From: Octopus vulgaris
Lineage: Eukaryota
Length of the DNA: 64,000 nucleotides
Reading direction: 5' to 3'
NCBI GenBank assembly: GCA_951406725.2
Contig: OX597824.1
Span: forward strand, 34,100,001-34,164,000
Below the pieces are notes generated by a model. It was not told the origin of the DNA, made no database searches, and worked only from the letters and a program-made list of their open reading frames with translations. Position 1 is the first letter of the stretch; every line of letters begins with the position of its first letter. Positions 1 to 13,125 of this stretch are shown here, one piece after another. Both the position numbers and the translations under genes were made by a program.

Positions 1-230
1 TGTCATAGGCCCCAAAAAGTTTTAATCTCTTGCCTAGTGTGAGCCCAGAGTAATATCATATCTTCTCCACTATTTCAGTATTACATGTCAAAGTGAATAA
101 TATCTATCTATTTTAATGTCAGATATTTTCACTTTAATACTGAAACTATTAAAGTGAAACTATTATTTCACATATATACAGGCATACATACATACATATA
201 TACACCCATACACACACACAGAGATACATA

Positions 231-545
231 GGTGCAGGTGTGGCTGTGTGGTAAGAAACTTGGTTCCAAAATACATGGTCCTGGGTTCTGTCCCACTGTG
301 TGGTGACTTGTCATGTGTCTTCTGCTTTAGCCTCAGACCAACCAAAGAGTGGATTTCGTAGACAGAAACTGAAAGAAATCAATCGTATATATATGTAAGT
401 GTATGTGTGTATCTTTGTCTCAGTGTTTCTCCCTCATCACTGCTTCACAGCTGCTGTTCGTTTATTTACATCTCCATAACTTACTGGTTTGACAAGAAGA
501 AACTGATAGAATAAGTACCAGGCTTATCAAAATAATAAAAAAACA
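231..545 (+). mobile_element. tRNA-derived SINE (family A), diverged copy
   Basis: Head GGTGCAGGTGTGGCTGTGTGGTAAG with an A-box-like motif and B-box-like GGTTCTGTCCC. The body (ACAGAAACTGAAAGAA...GATAGAATAAGTACCAGG) is shared with the copies at 8821, 31309, 32486 and 34790. Confidence 0.75.
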
Positions 546-712
546 CTTGGCAGTGTCTCTTATTTTTGTTTGCCCACTCAGTTGTATCTATCAATTTATC
601 TTTTTTTTGTGTGTGTATGTGTGTGTGTATGTATATATGTGCAGACATCAGTATATATATAATACACTCACACACACATATATATACATGTATGTGTATG
701 TGCATATTCATA

Positions 713-1635
713 TCTATTATATAAATGTCAATGTCTTTATGTGTGTTTGTGTGTTACTTATACATTCGAAAACTATTGCACCGATCCTAATGAAATTTGG
801 AACAAAAAATCCAAGCCTAGATAGAAGGGTAATCCTGTGTGTTTCATACAATTTCATGGAGCAAAATTACTGAATGGATCCTTATGATATTTGGATGAGT
901 GACTGGTTATTCAAAGACATTTATAGATTGTAAATTTATTCTATCCTGTTACCTATCAGTATAGTGGTCAGTTGCAAACTCCAGAGGTGACACTTTCATT
1001 TCTCCTTAGCCCTCATGTCACACAATTGTTAATGTTTATTTGAATTGGGTCATGCCCTTCCAATTGCTATAGATCCATAATGCATCTTACGGCTGTGCTT
1101 GTCATCTGTATGGTGAGGAATCCTACATTGAGAGTGGTACCAACTAGGGTAGGATAGCTGACTGTTTATTGTGATCATTTGTCTTTTGGTTTCCTGTAGC
1201 TTTGCTCTCTTTTACAAACCCAGTGAACATACATATATTTCCTATTTCAAACAAGTTCAAACAATAGATATAAGACCCAAGTTAAAAAGATTCTTAACAA
1301 TTCAACTTCTCTGATTGACATTAAGACACCCACACCCAATAGGGGCCTTAATCCCACATTTTAGAGCTCCATGACCTCCATTTTTCAGGAGCAAAATCCT
1401 TTTAACATGTTCCATAAGACTGAAATTTTGGAATCTGCACATAAAGATAAGTAGTATGGGATACATGTATCATGAATAGAATTTTTTTTAGGGTGTGTAA
1501 AGAGGGAAAGAACCCTCATCTACAATTTTGATGAAATTCAAATGATAGGTATTCCAGTTCATTAGAGAAAATATAACAGAAAAGTCTAATTCTTCAATTG
1601 CATGTAACACGGGCAACGCCAGGTATCTCTGCTAG
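713..1635 (+). mobile_element. Probable non-autonomous Helitron-like element
   Basis: Starts A|TCTATTATATAAA and ends CACGGGCAACGCCAGGTATCTCTG-CTAG|T. The 3' end resembles that of the element at 39621-39975. The interior was not verified. Confidence 0.45.
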
Positions 1636-2587
1636 TAGCAAATAATTTTCATATTTTTTCTCTCTTACAATATTATTTAGAATAACTATTTTAAAGCTAT
1701 GAAGATTTTTAAGTATGAGCTGTTCTAGTTTGTGTTGCTCTGCTTCATTTCACAGTGTTTCTACTACAGGAAGATGAAGCAAGTCAGTAATTATCTTTCT
1801 ATTTATTCTTCTTTCTCAAACATTCCACTCTACTTTGTCACTCAAGCATACTTGCACTCTAAACTATGCCACATGGTCAAAACCAATGACTACAACTTTC
1901 TTCTTAGTTGCTCTCCTTATTTTATTCACTTTTATTTTTTTTTATCTGCTGGTCTGAATTAGAAGACTAATGCTGACATCCTCTTCCATATTTCTCATAT
2001 CAGATGAGTCAACTGATACAAACAATGCTTACTATTAATTCCTGAAGGTCAGCTGTTGGTGAGGGAAGAAGGATAAAGAGACTAATTCCAGAAAAGCAGG
2101 GTTTACAAAACAAAGATTTGACAATATGCTTTGATGAGAAGTTGGTGCTTGAGTAAGTTTAGATAGAATGGTTTAGTATTGGTAGGTTTCACACCTGTGC
2201 AGTATGTGATCTACATGCCATTGTGATCTACAGCAACTTAAATCTAGACTAGCTTGTGATCTACATACAAAATTCTCACAAATAACCTGTGTGTAAAATT
2301 CTTTTGCTCTTATCAAAATTCTCTCAAATAATCTGTGTGTAAAATTCTTTTGCTCTCATCATGACTTTTTTCAATGGGCTCAGGACTAAAAGTGCTTAAA
2401 TCATGAAAGTTTTTTAGGTTTATATACCAAACCAACCAGAAGTCGAGTGAATAGATGAATTTTAAATGTAAATCAAAAACTCGGTGTAGATCACAAACTA
2501 TACCATTCTATATTTAAGAGATGAGGAATTATGTACATTATTTACATTTACATTCGACAGATATTTGTCCTCATCTTGTTTGTTGTT

Positions 2588-2633
2588 AACACAACGTTTC
2601 GGCTGATATACCCTCCAGCCTTCTTCAGGTGTC
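2588..2633 (-). ncRNA. Minimal type I hammerhead ribozyme (Penelope-like element type)
   Basis: Minus strand reads GACAC-CUGAAGA-A-GGCUG-gaggguauau-CAGCC-GAAA-CG-UU^-GUGUU. Stem I is GACAC/GUGUU, stem II is GGCUG/CAGCC, and stem III is the palindrome AACGUU. Confidence 0.8.
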
Positions 2634-2682
2634 TTGGGGGAAATTTCGAACCTGGGTTCTCATTCCTAAGGTATTTTTCAAT

Positions 2683-3232
<550 letters not shown>

Positions 3233-3281
3233 CATCGAAAAATACCTTAGGAATGAGAACCCAGGTTCGAAATTTCCCCAA

Positions 3282-3327
3282 GGCATCTGAAGAAGGCTGA
3301 AGCATATTTCAACCGAAGCGTTGTGTT
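3282..3327 (+). ncRNA. Degenerate minimal hammerhead (right arm of fold-back)
   Basis: GGCAU-CUGAAGA-A-GGCUGAAGCAUAUUUCAACC-GAAG-CGUU-GUGUU. GAAA is mutated to GAAG and stem II has a mismatch. Confidence 0.6.
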
Positions 3328-4027
3328 AACAACAAACAAGATGAGTACAAATATCCATCGAATGTAAATAATGTACAAACTATACCATTTGAATTAATGT
3401 AGATCACAAGCTATACCAGAAACATGTATGTAGATTATATACTACACCTGAACCCATTTCCTTTTGTCTTGTCTGTTTGACTATCTCCATTTCTCCTTCC
3501 TATCTCTGTCTCTTTATCTCCCCATCTCTCTCTATTGTCTGTCTAGTCACACATGTGCTTTTCCCAGACTATTCTTTTTCTTCTCTCCAGACCGTTCTCT
3601 TTCCTCTTTCTGACAAAAGCCATGCTAGAAATGTCACCTTGCCCTCTTTTTCCCTTTTTAAACTGAGTGTCAACTTAATACATTCACTGAATCATGCCTT
3701 TGATTTTTTTTTAGTTTTTGTTTAGTTTTTTTTCCATTTTTGTATTTGGTTTGCAAGATCCTTTAAATGAGTTCATGTGTTGAAGCATATTTTATTGTAT
3801 CTGGGCAGAGTCATTCTCATTTAGTGCCTTATTAATTTAACACACTCTCCGATTTCCACTCATTTACTTACCTATTTTCACTAAAATTTTCGTTGCAACT
3901 TGCAACCTTTTCCATAGTTGTTGATTTTTTATTTTTTATTTGCCTATATATATGTATATATATGTATGTATGTATATATATATATATATATATATATCTG
4001 TAAAATAATATGTGACAATTATTCAAT

Positions 4028-4099
4028 AGCCAGGATAAAACTCTGAGTTTCGGATGCTGAAATGGAAATTCACAACACCATCTCTTCGGTTATCTGGCC
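4028..4099 (-). ncRNA. Type I hammerhead motif with CCGAAGA core, in a short element flanked by (TA)n
   Basis: Minus strand reads GGCCAGAUAA-CCGAAGA-GAUG...CAUC-C-GAAA-CUCAGAGU-U^-UUAUC-C-UGGCU. Homologous to 38231-38302. Confidence 0.65.
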
Positions 4100-4230
4100 A
4101 TCTGAAAAACGCTATGAAAAAAAACCATTATATATATATATATATATATATACACATACACATACACAGATGCACACACACACATATGTATACTTACATA
4201 CACATGCACACACGTGAATGCACATACACA

Positions 4231-4269
<39 letters not shown>

Positions 4270-4602
4270 CTACATATAACTGGGAATGTATGTCTCTCTG
4301 TCTGTCTATCTGTGTGTCCATATGTGTGCATCACTAAAACTCAAGGACTACCCCACCGATTTAATTCAAATTTTACACGTGCTTTACTTAGGGTCGATGC
4401 AGTGTCATGGGCCCAAAAAATTTTCGACTTCTTGCCTAATGCAAGCCCAGGGCAATCTCTTATCTCTTACACGAATTCAGTATTACGTGTCAAAAGTGAA
4501 ACAATAACATCTCTGTTGTAATGTGAGATAATTCTTTAACTATGTATATATATTAGTTTCATTATTACTTTCATTATGATATATTTATGTATGTACATAT
4601 AC

Positions 4603-4638
<36 letters not shown>

Positions 4639-4701
4639 ACAAAGACAGGTGGTGTAGACAACAAACAGATGGCTTAGTATAATGCTTGAGAAGTGAAAAA
4701 G

Positions 4702-4739
4702 TCTTTAATGTTTCGAGCCTACGATCTTCCACAGAAAGG
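4702..4739 (-). ncRNA. Degenerate minimal hammerhead (same family as 26969-27006)
   Basis: Minus strand reads CCUUU-CUGUGGA-A-GAUC-GUAG-GCUC-GAAA-CA-UU-AAAGA. Flanks 4634-4780 are homologous to 26925-27085 in inverted orientation. Confidence 0.5.
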
Positions 4740-4865
4740 AACACAGAAAGAAACAAGGAGAGAAAATAAAGAATGTGTAGTGACTAGTGATCTATCATGG
4801 CGAATGCCAGAGTGAGGGTTACACAGGAGAGCAAGGGAGAAGAGGAGATAATAAAGTAGTGGTGA

Positions 4866-4907
4866 TGTATTTATATTTATGTGTATATATATATGTTTGT
4901 GTATATA

Positions 4908-4953
<46 letters not shown>

Positions 4954-4957
4954 CATG

Positions 4958-4988
<31 letters not shown>

Positions 4989-5093
4989 GTATATTTATGT
5001 ATATATATGTGTATATATATGCATATGTATGTATATATGTGTCCATATATATATGTATATATGTGTACATATATATATATATGTATATATTTC

Positions 5094-5187
<94 letters not shown>

Positions 5188-5400
5188 CATATGTACATAT
5201 ATATATGTATTTATATATATATAGATATAAATATATCAATGTATATATATCTAAATATATATATATATATATATACATACATATATATATATTGTGGTGT
5301 CCTGTACTCACATATATATATTTATATATGCATGTATATATACATGTAGATGTAGGTATGTACATATATGTATGTATGTATGCATATATTTTATTTATTA
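4866..5400. repeat. (TA)n/(TG)n compound microsatellite
   Basis: Directly visible. It is the source of the YI/VC repeat ORFs. Confidence 0.97.
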
Positions 5401-5464
5401 CATTATTGTATGACTGAGCGCCCTCACGTTGTTTCGTTTCATTTCTTTCCTTTCTCCCAGTATG

Positions 5465-5495
<31 letters not shown>

Positions 5496-5580
5496 GTAGG
5501 TCCCGGGTTGAGTCGGGGTTAACCACAGTAAATAAGATACTCAATACATTGCAGAGTAAATTAATATATTTTATAGAAGG

Positions 5581-5631
5581 AGCTTCTACAGAACTAGTAC
5601 TGTTTCATTCAAATGAAATCATCAGGAAGCT
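5581..5631 (-). ncRNA. Type I hammerhead ribozyme (left arm)
   Basis: Minus strand reads AGCUUC-CUGAUGA-U-UUC-AUUU-GAA-U-GAAA-CAG-UACUAGUU-CUG-UA^-GAAGCU. Confidence 0.8.
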
Positions 5632-5678
5632 TCCTGATGATTTCATTTGAATGAAACAGTACTAGTCCTGTAGAAGCT
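5628..5678 (+). ncRNA. Type I hammerhead ribozyme (right arm)
   Basis: AGCUUC-CUGAUGA-U-UUC-AUUU-GAA-U-GAAA-CAG-UACUAGUC-CUG-UA^-GAAGCU. Stem I is AGCUUC/GAAGCU, stem III is ACAG/CUGU, and the predicted GUA cut is after 5672. Confidence 0.8.
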
Positions 5679-5689
5679 CCTTCTATAAA

Positions 5690-5745
<56 letters not shown>

Positions 5746-5748
5746 CAT

Positions 5749-6165
5749 AGGTGCATGAGTGGCTGTGTGGTAAGTAGCTTGCTTACATGGTTTTGAGTTC
5801 AGTCCCACTGTGTGACACCTTGGGCAAGTGACACCTTGGGCCGATCAAAGCCTTTTGAGTTGATTTGGTCAGTGAATTTTGTTAACTGAAACTGAAAGAA
5901 GTCTGTCCTCGAAATCAAATTCGATGACTGGCATTCGTGCTAGTGAAGCGCTAAGAGTACCATACAAGTGAGATCATTGCCAGAGCACCAGCTGGCCTCC
6001 ATGCCGATGGCACATAAAAAAAAACACCATTCAAGCGTGATCGTTACCTACATTGCCTTACTGACACTTGTGCTGGTGGCACGTGAAAAAAATTTCGAGC
6101 GAGGTCGTTGCCAGTACCACCTGACACCCAATTGACTGAAATAAGTAACAGAGTAAAAGAGTAAT
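5749..6165 (+). mobile_element. tRNA-headed SINE (chimeric body)
   Basis: Family A head (GTGGCTGTGTGGTAAG...GAGTTCAGTCCCACTG) and tail (GACTGAAATAAGTAACAGAGTAAAAGAG). Confidence 0.65.
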
Positions 6166-6317
6166 ATGTGTGTGTGTGTGTGTGTGTATGTATATATATA
6201 TATATATGCCAGCAATACCTCGACTGGCTTCCGTGCCGGTGGCACATAAAATACACCAATTCGACCGTGGCCGTTGCCAGCCTCGCCTGGCACCTGTGCA
6301 CCCACTACACTCACCCA

Positions 6318-6821
6318 TATGCAAATGGTCATGAATGATAGTTTCCACAGACCCAGTACTAATCTTGACCTGATGGGCTATTTGGCTAATTGTTATGCGT
6401 TGATCTTCCAAAATGGCAGCTTCAACTTGACGGACAGATGCCTCATCAATTGCAGAAGGGAGGGGGCGACGAGATCTGGGAGCTGTTTCCACAGAGTTCC
6501 GACCATGTTTGAATTCATGATGCCAGCGTTTTACAAGGTCATATGATGGGGCATCATCACCATAAGTTACTTTCATTTCATCAAAAGTCTCCTGTGGTGT
6601 GCGTCCTTTCAAATACAAAAACCAGATCACTGCTCGACACTCAACAGGCTCCATTTCACACTTGACTCAGTTCAAATACCTGTAAATCAGAAACCACAAT
6701 CAGTTTAGAGCTGTAATTTGCCGCTTAATCGATGGAGATATACATAATTGCACATGCAAAATTTCAGCTAGATCAAACAACTGCAAGTGGGTCAGGGGGA
6801 TTAGTTATTGAACGTCCCTCG
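6318..6821 (-). mobile_element. Mariner (Tc1/mariner) 5' remnant with transposase N-terminal HTH
   Basis: ORF from 6654 reads MEPVECRAVIWFLYLKGRTPQETFDEMKVTYGDDAPSYDLVKRW...PRSRRP...VETIIHDHLHM. The terminus TA|CGAGGG is at 6816-6823. It is truncated by SINE sequence before the DD34D domain. Confidence 0.88.
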
Positions 6822-8820
6822 TATAAGACAAATGAAGTGAAATGGTTCCCTTTCAAGCATTATTACTGAATTATTGAAGTCAGATTATCATTAATAATGG
6901 TTATCATGGCTTTAGAGATGCAGGGACTGGAGAGTCATAATTTGTAGGGATAGGATAATACAATTGTATACTTCTATGATTCCAGACAGATTCATAGAAC
7001 CAGAAAATTACTTTTGGAAGGCATTCTTTGAGAATAATCAGTAGTGTTTCAGATATTCTGAGGATTTATAAAAACCAAGAGAGTAAAATGTTTCTGAAGA
7101 AATTAAATGTTGAGCTAATGTAAAAAAGAAATGAGAAATAGATAAAAATTTATTTATGTTGAGTGTGTAATTGAATGCAAAACAGTTACCAAAATTATGG
7201 CTCTGGCAGGCAAGGTGCTGCAAGTAAAACATATCGAGATTGATTTGAAGAAGAAAATGAGTTTCTCAAAATTTTAGGAAGAATTTGGTTAGGGTTGAGA
7301 AGTTTCAGTTGTGAAGAGAGAATTTTTTTAGCATTGATAAAAACTTTTTTCTCTTCCTACTTAACTTTTTCTGATAAAGATAAAAGATTGAAGAATTGTA
7401 CCTCTCATAATCTGAAAATATCTGTCTTTCATGTTTAGAGAGATTCCATTGTGGTAAGTTTGATTTATGGTTTTTGAAAGAGTAAGAGAGACAAATGTAT
7501 CAGCATCCTTTGATGTCCACTTTTCATGTTGGTATGGGTTGGACAATCTGACAGGAGTTGGCACCAAATACCAATGTCTGCATTGGCATAGTTTCTAGAG
7601 CTGGATGCTCTTCCTAATGCCAACCACTTTACAGAGTGTATTGGATGTTTTTTATATGACACTGGTACTAGTGAGGTCTCCAAGTAACTTGGAAGACAAG
7701 CATCCACCTCAACTAAAGAGAGGTGGGGTGTAGTATTGTGGGAAGTGGCTTAATGCTAGGTGATGAGGGGCTAAAAGTATGATATAGAGACATGAGCAAA
7801 TGTCTTGCTAAAGGGGAGATATGTGGCTACCCCAGTTAGAAAAGAGAAAAGATAATGGTGAAGATGTGCCTCAAGTGATGCAAGTAATAAAAAGTTGTTT
7901 GTTACAATAATCACAATTCTATCAAATTCACATAAGCACCAAGGTCAGGAGGGTCTACTAAAAGCATCCAACAGGACACCATTCTTTTTATAACTATCTA
8001 CAGATATTTTAATAACCAATAATTTCTCTGGTGAGGTCAGTATCAGAAAAAAAATCTGAGATAATTGGCCATTCAGAAACTGGTTGTTTGGAGTTTATTG
8101 TCAATGAACAGAATAAAATAACTGAGTTTAAAAACTAATAAAACATTTTTGCTGCCGCTTTCTTCTTTTTATTCTTAGTTGATGTGATATCTGATAGGGT
8201 TACTGCTTATCTAGAACCTCTGCTTTTATTTCATTGCCATGAAGAGCCTACCAGGAGGTAATCTTCAAACAGCACTAACTTTGACATTTTTAGCAACAAC
8301 TTATAGTGAAAAAAAAATTACTATAATCATGTAAGATATAATCAATGTAAAATTATCTTAGAATAGTCACAAAACAACTAATGTAACAGATTTGAAACTA
8401 ACCAAGTCTGTTGGAGAACTTTTCTAGAAATATGCAAAATCTAAGTAGAAAAATAAGAAGTAGGTATTCTAAATGATAACAAACCCAAAGCACTCAGCGC
8501 TACTACTTTAGAATATAAAACAAGCTTCTTACCTTAATCACCTCAGTCTTTCAAGGACAGCCTTACTTATTACTGAAAGTACAAGGAAAAAGTCATTTAA
8601 AATTGAAGGCATTTAAAACCTTATAAAAGTATTTGTTCTTAATATTGGCACTGATATTTACAAAGAAAACTAATCAAGTTTCTAAGACAAAGCTGAGATT
8701 TTAAAATATGACATTTTTTCATACAAATTTATTCATTCAAACCTTTTTATTCAATTCTTTGACAATGGCATACCAGGGACTGAAGAGGCTCATGATGTTA
8801 AGTCCTTGTGGAGATATGTA

Positions 8821-8991
8821 GGCGCAGGAGTGGCTGTGTGGTAAGTAGCTTGTTTACCAACCACATGGTTCTGGGTTCAGTCCCACTGCGTGGCACCTTG
8901 GGCAAGTGTCTTCTACTATAGCCTTGGGCCAACCAAAGCCTTGTGAGTGGATTTGGTAGACGGAAACTGAAAGAAGCCCGTCTTATATATG

Positions 8992-9026
<35 letters not shown>

Positions 9027-9244
9027 TTGTGTGTCTGTGTTTGTCCCCCTAGCATTGCTTGACAACTGATGCTGGTGTGTTTATGTCCCTGTTACTTAGC
9101 GGTTCGGCAAAACAGACCGATAGAATAAGTACTGGGCTTACAAAAGAATAAGTCCTGGGGTCGAGTTGCTCGATTAAAGTCGGTACTCCAGCATGGCTGC
9201 AGTCAAATGACTGAAACAAGTAAAAGAGTAAAAGAATAAAGAGT
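8821..9244 (+). mobile_element. tRNA-derived SINE (family A), near full length
   Basis: GGCGCAGGAGTGGCTGTGTGG A-box, GGTTCAGTCCC B-box, internal (TA)/(TG) tract and GTAAAAGA-repeat tail. Highly similar to 32486-32893 and 34790-35207. Confidence 0.9.
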
Positions 9245-9404
9245 ATATCTTGGGGATTTCAGAAAACCATATCTGCACAATTATATAACATCATCAACTC
9301 CTAGACATTATCATCTTGAGCCCAGTGATTCATAAGGCTGGTTACCTGGTTTCTATGGTTAAGAAAAAAAAAAACTGGTAAAGTTACCTTCTTGAATCAT
9401 GCTG

Positions 9405-9828
9405 ATTCATAAGGGCCAGTTTCTGAGTTTCCCGGCATATAAATTCTCCACTTGGATGGGACACCAGTCTGTCGCAGGATTACTCATTTTTACCAGCTGA
9501 GTGGACTAGAGCAATGTGTAAATGAAGTGTTTTGCTCAAGAACACATGTTGCCTAGTTCAGGAATCGAAACCAAAATCTTATGATCATGAGTCCAACACC
9601 CCTAACCACTAAGCCATGTGCCTCCACCTGGTCTCCATGACATATAAGTAACCAAAATCATAACAATCCATCTGATGGAACGACGGTCATTTACAGCTGA
9701 GTGAAATGGAGCAACATGAAATGAAGTGTTTTGTTCAAGAACACAACACAATGCCCAGTCTAGGAATTGAAACTGCAATCTTCTGATCATGAGTGTAACA
9801 CCTTAACCACTAGGCCACACACTTCATT
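9405..9828 (-). mobile_element. Two adjacent copies of a second tRNA-derived SINE family
   Basis: Repeated AATGAAGTGTTTTG(C/T)TCAAGAACAC...GATCATGAGT...TAACCACTA(A/G)GCCA. The minus strand gives A-box TGGCTTAGTGG and B-box GTTTCGATTCC. Confidence 0.7.
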
Positions 9829-10483
9829 GAAGTATAGACAGTGTATTGAAAATCTAAAAAGTACTATGTCAAGGGACAGCATCTATATGGTTGTTTAATC
9901 TGGTAGAAATAGTAGCCAAATCTCTCTCAAATTACACTTTGCTGTCTTAAACAAAGAAAGACACATAAAACAATGTAGTCCAAGACAGTCTATATTATTT
10001 TTTTTTTTAAATAGAGTAATTATGGTTGAAATATCTTTCATAAATTAGCAGGATCAGGCCTGACCTGGAGATAAACACTACCACCACACACACAACAACA
10101 ACAATACCAACAACAGTTTCCTTGTAGTAAATATCATGAAACATAGACTAGTCACTATTTTTGTTTATTCCTCTTATGACATTTTGTTGTGAGCCCATTG
10201 TTAACTGGTCAGATAATGTGATTCTTGTACAAATAGTACAATACATAGATGAATGTTAATAATGGAATTCAGTTAGTGTATCATTGTTCATTAACAACAT
10301 GTCATATTGCTATTGTAACCTATGGCTGTGTGGTTAAGAAGGTCAGTCAGTTTGCAATGATGTAGTTTAGGGCTCAGTGTCTTCTACTATAGTCCTATGC
10401 CAACCAATGCCTTATGAGAGAATATGGCAAATGAGAACTCTACAGAAGCCCATAATATATGTCTGTCTGTGCATGCATATAAG

Positions 10484-10517
<34 letters not shown>

Positions 10518-10665
10518 TGGGTTGTTGTTGTTGTTGTTGTGATTGTCTCTACCATCACTTGACAACCAGTGTTATTTTGTTTATACCCCTGCAACTTTGT
10601 GGTTTAGCAAAAGCAACTGATAGAATTAGTAGCAGGCTTAAAAAGCATAAGAACTGAAGTTAATT

Positions 10666-10783
10666 TACATTATTTACATTATTTACATTCAACGGATATT
10701 TGTCCTCATCTTGTTTGTTGTTGACACAACATTTTGGCTGATATACCCTCCAGCCTTCTTCAGGTGTCTTGGGGAAATTTCAA
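10666..10783 (-). mobile_element. Solo degenerate arm of the 2532-3377 HHR element
   Basis: Nearly identical to 2535-2650, but CGAAACG has decayed to CAAAATG on the minus strand (CpG-type changes). Confidence 0.8.
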
Positions 10784-12010
10784 AGTACACTGGGCAGTTG
10801 TCCGATGGGGTGCTGACCTATGTATTACAGTGGCTTGCTGTTAATAAATAAAAACTATATGGGCCTGTAATGCTGCTACAACGGTCCTGATTTACAGTAC
10901 TATATCTGTTACAGTATCAAAATAGAATTCATTTAACTTTGCACTTATAAATTCAATCCCACATTCCAATGTATTCAACCAGCAAATGTTTACGTGCCTC
11001 AATTTTCACCCAATATATTTGCTTGGATATATTTTCTCTGGGATCTCAAAAATATGAAGCTACTGAAGCAACAATGTTTGAATTTTTTTTTATCAAAGAT
11101 TACTAGGTAAAAAAATCGATTTTCTGTTTATTTTTATAAAAAATTTGCCTTGTCATCAAGTTGTCGGAAGGACAAGCTGTGGATTAAACATAAAATAAAA
11201 TACAACAAAAATAAAATAAAACAAAAACAAAATAGAACAACAAAAATATGGATTACAGAGAAAATGAAATCAGTTACACAAAATATAAAATAGAAAAAAT
11301 ATGTTGAAAGTCATAATGACATAGAAACACAATTTTTTTCCAATATTGGTGTCCATAAACAGTAGTTGTATAAAGCAAATTCAGTTTGTTTATGACTTGG
11401 TTTTTTTTTTTTTTCAATGACTTAGTCACCTCTGTGACTAATAAGTGAATGGAGACTTCAGAATGAAGACCTATCTTGAACTCTACTAAAAATATTAATG
11501 GGCCTGGAGGTAGAGCTAAACCAAGAATAGGAATAATTCAAACAAGCTTCCACACAGTTCCTTTTTTAAAATTCAACTAACAAGACTTTGGCTGATGTGA
11601 GCCTAAAACAGAAGGAACATCCAGGCAAATTACTATAGAGTAGCATTCACACAGCTCCAAAACAAATTTCTTCATCACACAACCATACCTTCGCTCATTT
11701 GAAGAAAAGATTTTCTTTTGTTTCTCTTGCATTAAGTTTTTTCAATATGTTGGTTCAAATATATGATTATTATACAAAAAAGATGGTAGATCTACGTTGA
11801 ACATTGCTACATTTGGGCTAGTTATTTCAGAGTAATGTTGTTCAAAGTATCACTGTCTATTTAAAAACCTAACTAAGAAGGAAAAATTAAATATGTTCAT
11901 TCTATGCATGCCTTTTTTTACCTTGTTCCTTAATTTAAAATTTAAATATCTAATCCCTCCAGATACTATAGAGAAATGACTATCTCCCTTGTATTAACTA
12001 TCCACTAAGG

Positions 12011-12295
12011 TAGTGCTTCTCAAACTATCTGATGTAGCATACGAATAGTTTTTTTTTTTTCCAATGTGCAGGGGACCAGTAATATTTCTTAGTAATATTA
12101 ATTTATACCAGAAACTATATATAATGAATATCATATAAGTTGACAATTTTTTTTATCTTATATTTATTTTGTGAACAAATAATACAATATTACACAAGTA
12201 TTTTATAATGTTCCTTTCTGGAAACTCGTCGCATACCAGCAGCTGATGGCTCGTGGACTGGCACCGGTCTGTGGACCCTACTTTGAGTAGAACTG
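12011..12295. mobile_element. hAT-like MITE
   Basis: Imperfect TIRs TAGTGCTTCTCAAA / TTTGAGTAGAACTG. The 8-bp flanks CACTAAGG and CACTAGGG fit an 8-bp TSD. Confidence 0.7.
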
Positions 12296-12576
12296 CACTA
12301 GGGGACACCACATATATGTTCAATATCATATTTAATAAATAATTTTTTAATTATCTGTTTGTTACTTTGAGGATTACATGTCCCAGATCAGCTATGATTG
12401 AGCAAATTTAAGACCTGTATTTAATGGAGGTGTTTTTTATCAACTGTTACAATCGACATTGCTTTTTATCCTTCCAGATTCAATAAAATAAGTACCAGTC
12501 AAGTACTGGAGTTGATCTAATCAACTATATTCACCTCTAAAATTGCTCTATGTCAAAAATTGACCTTATCTCATTT

Positions 12577-13125
12577 CATCATCATCATCATCGTTTAACG
12601 TCCGTTTTCCATGCTAGCATGGGTTGGACAGTTCAACTGGGGTCTGGGAAGCCAGGAGGCTGCGCCAGGCCCAGTCTGATCTGGTAGTGTTTCTACAGCT
12701 AGATGCCCTTCCTAACGCCAACCACTCTGAGAGTGTAGTGGGTGCTTTTTATGTGCCACCTGCACAGGTGCCAGACGAGGCTGGCGACGGCCACAATTTG
12801 ATGGTGCTTTTTACATGCCACTGGCACGGAGGCCAGTCGGGGCTGTGCTGGCAACGGCCACGTTCGGACGGTTCTTTTACGTGCCACCGGCACTGGTATC
12901 TCAGCTACAATTTCCATTGATGTTGAAAGATTTCGATTTTCACTTGCCTCAACAGGTCTTCACAAGTAGGGTTTATGTCACAAGAAGGAACAGTATGCAT
13001 AAGTGGGCTGGCTACGTCCCAGGTAGAGGCCACGGGTTATGGTCTCACTTGTCCTGCCGGGTCTTCCCACGCACAGCATACTTCCAAAGGTCTCGGTCTC
13101 TGGTCATTTCCTCGGTGAGACCTTT
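12577..13125 (-). mobile_element. SINE/non-autonomous retroposon with (GAT)n tail (family B)
   Basis: (CAT)n-CGTTTAACGTCCGTTTTCCATGCTAGCATGGGTTGG...GATGCCCTTCCTAACGCCAACCAC. Related copies lie at about 7500, 13200, 14601, 17837, 19910, 34050, 47810, 49540, 50480, 57030 and 61845. Confidence 0.8.

Larger units (their letters stand above)
5496..5695. mobile_element. ~200-bp element: 68-bp leader plus 132-bp palindrome carrying twin hammerheads (copy 1)
   Basis: Palindrome 5564-5695 is centred on AAGCTT (5627-5632) with one arm mismatch, and (TA)n lies on both sides. A second copy is at 27894-28094. Confidence 0.88.

Noticed and set aside
4787-5417. Multiple overlapping YI/VC-rich ORFs (also at 27642-28535 and elsewhere)
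   Set aside because: Stop-free (TA)n/(TG)n repeats.
6058-6654. 198-aa ORF as an intact gene
   Set aside because: It is chimeric: a mariner N-terminus reading into SINE and microsatellite sequence, with no catalytic domain.
8821-8895. tRNA gene (A and B boxes)
   Set aside because: It is the head of a multi-copy SINE, continues into the SINE body, and gives no convincing cloverleaf.
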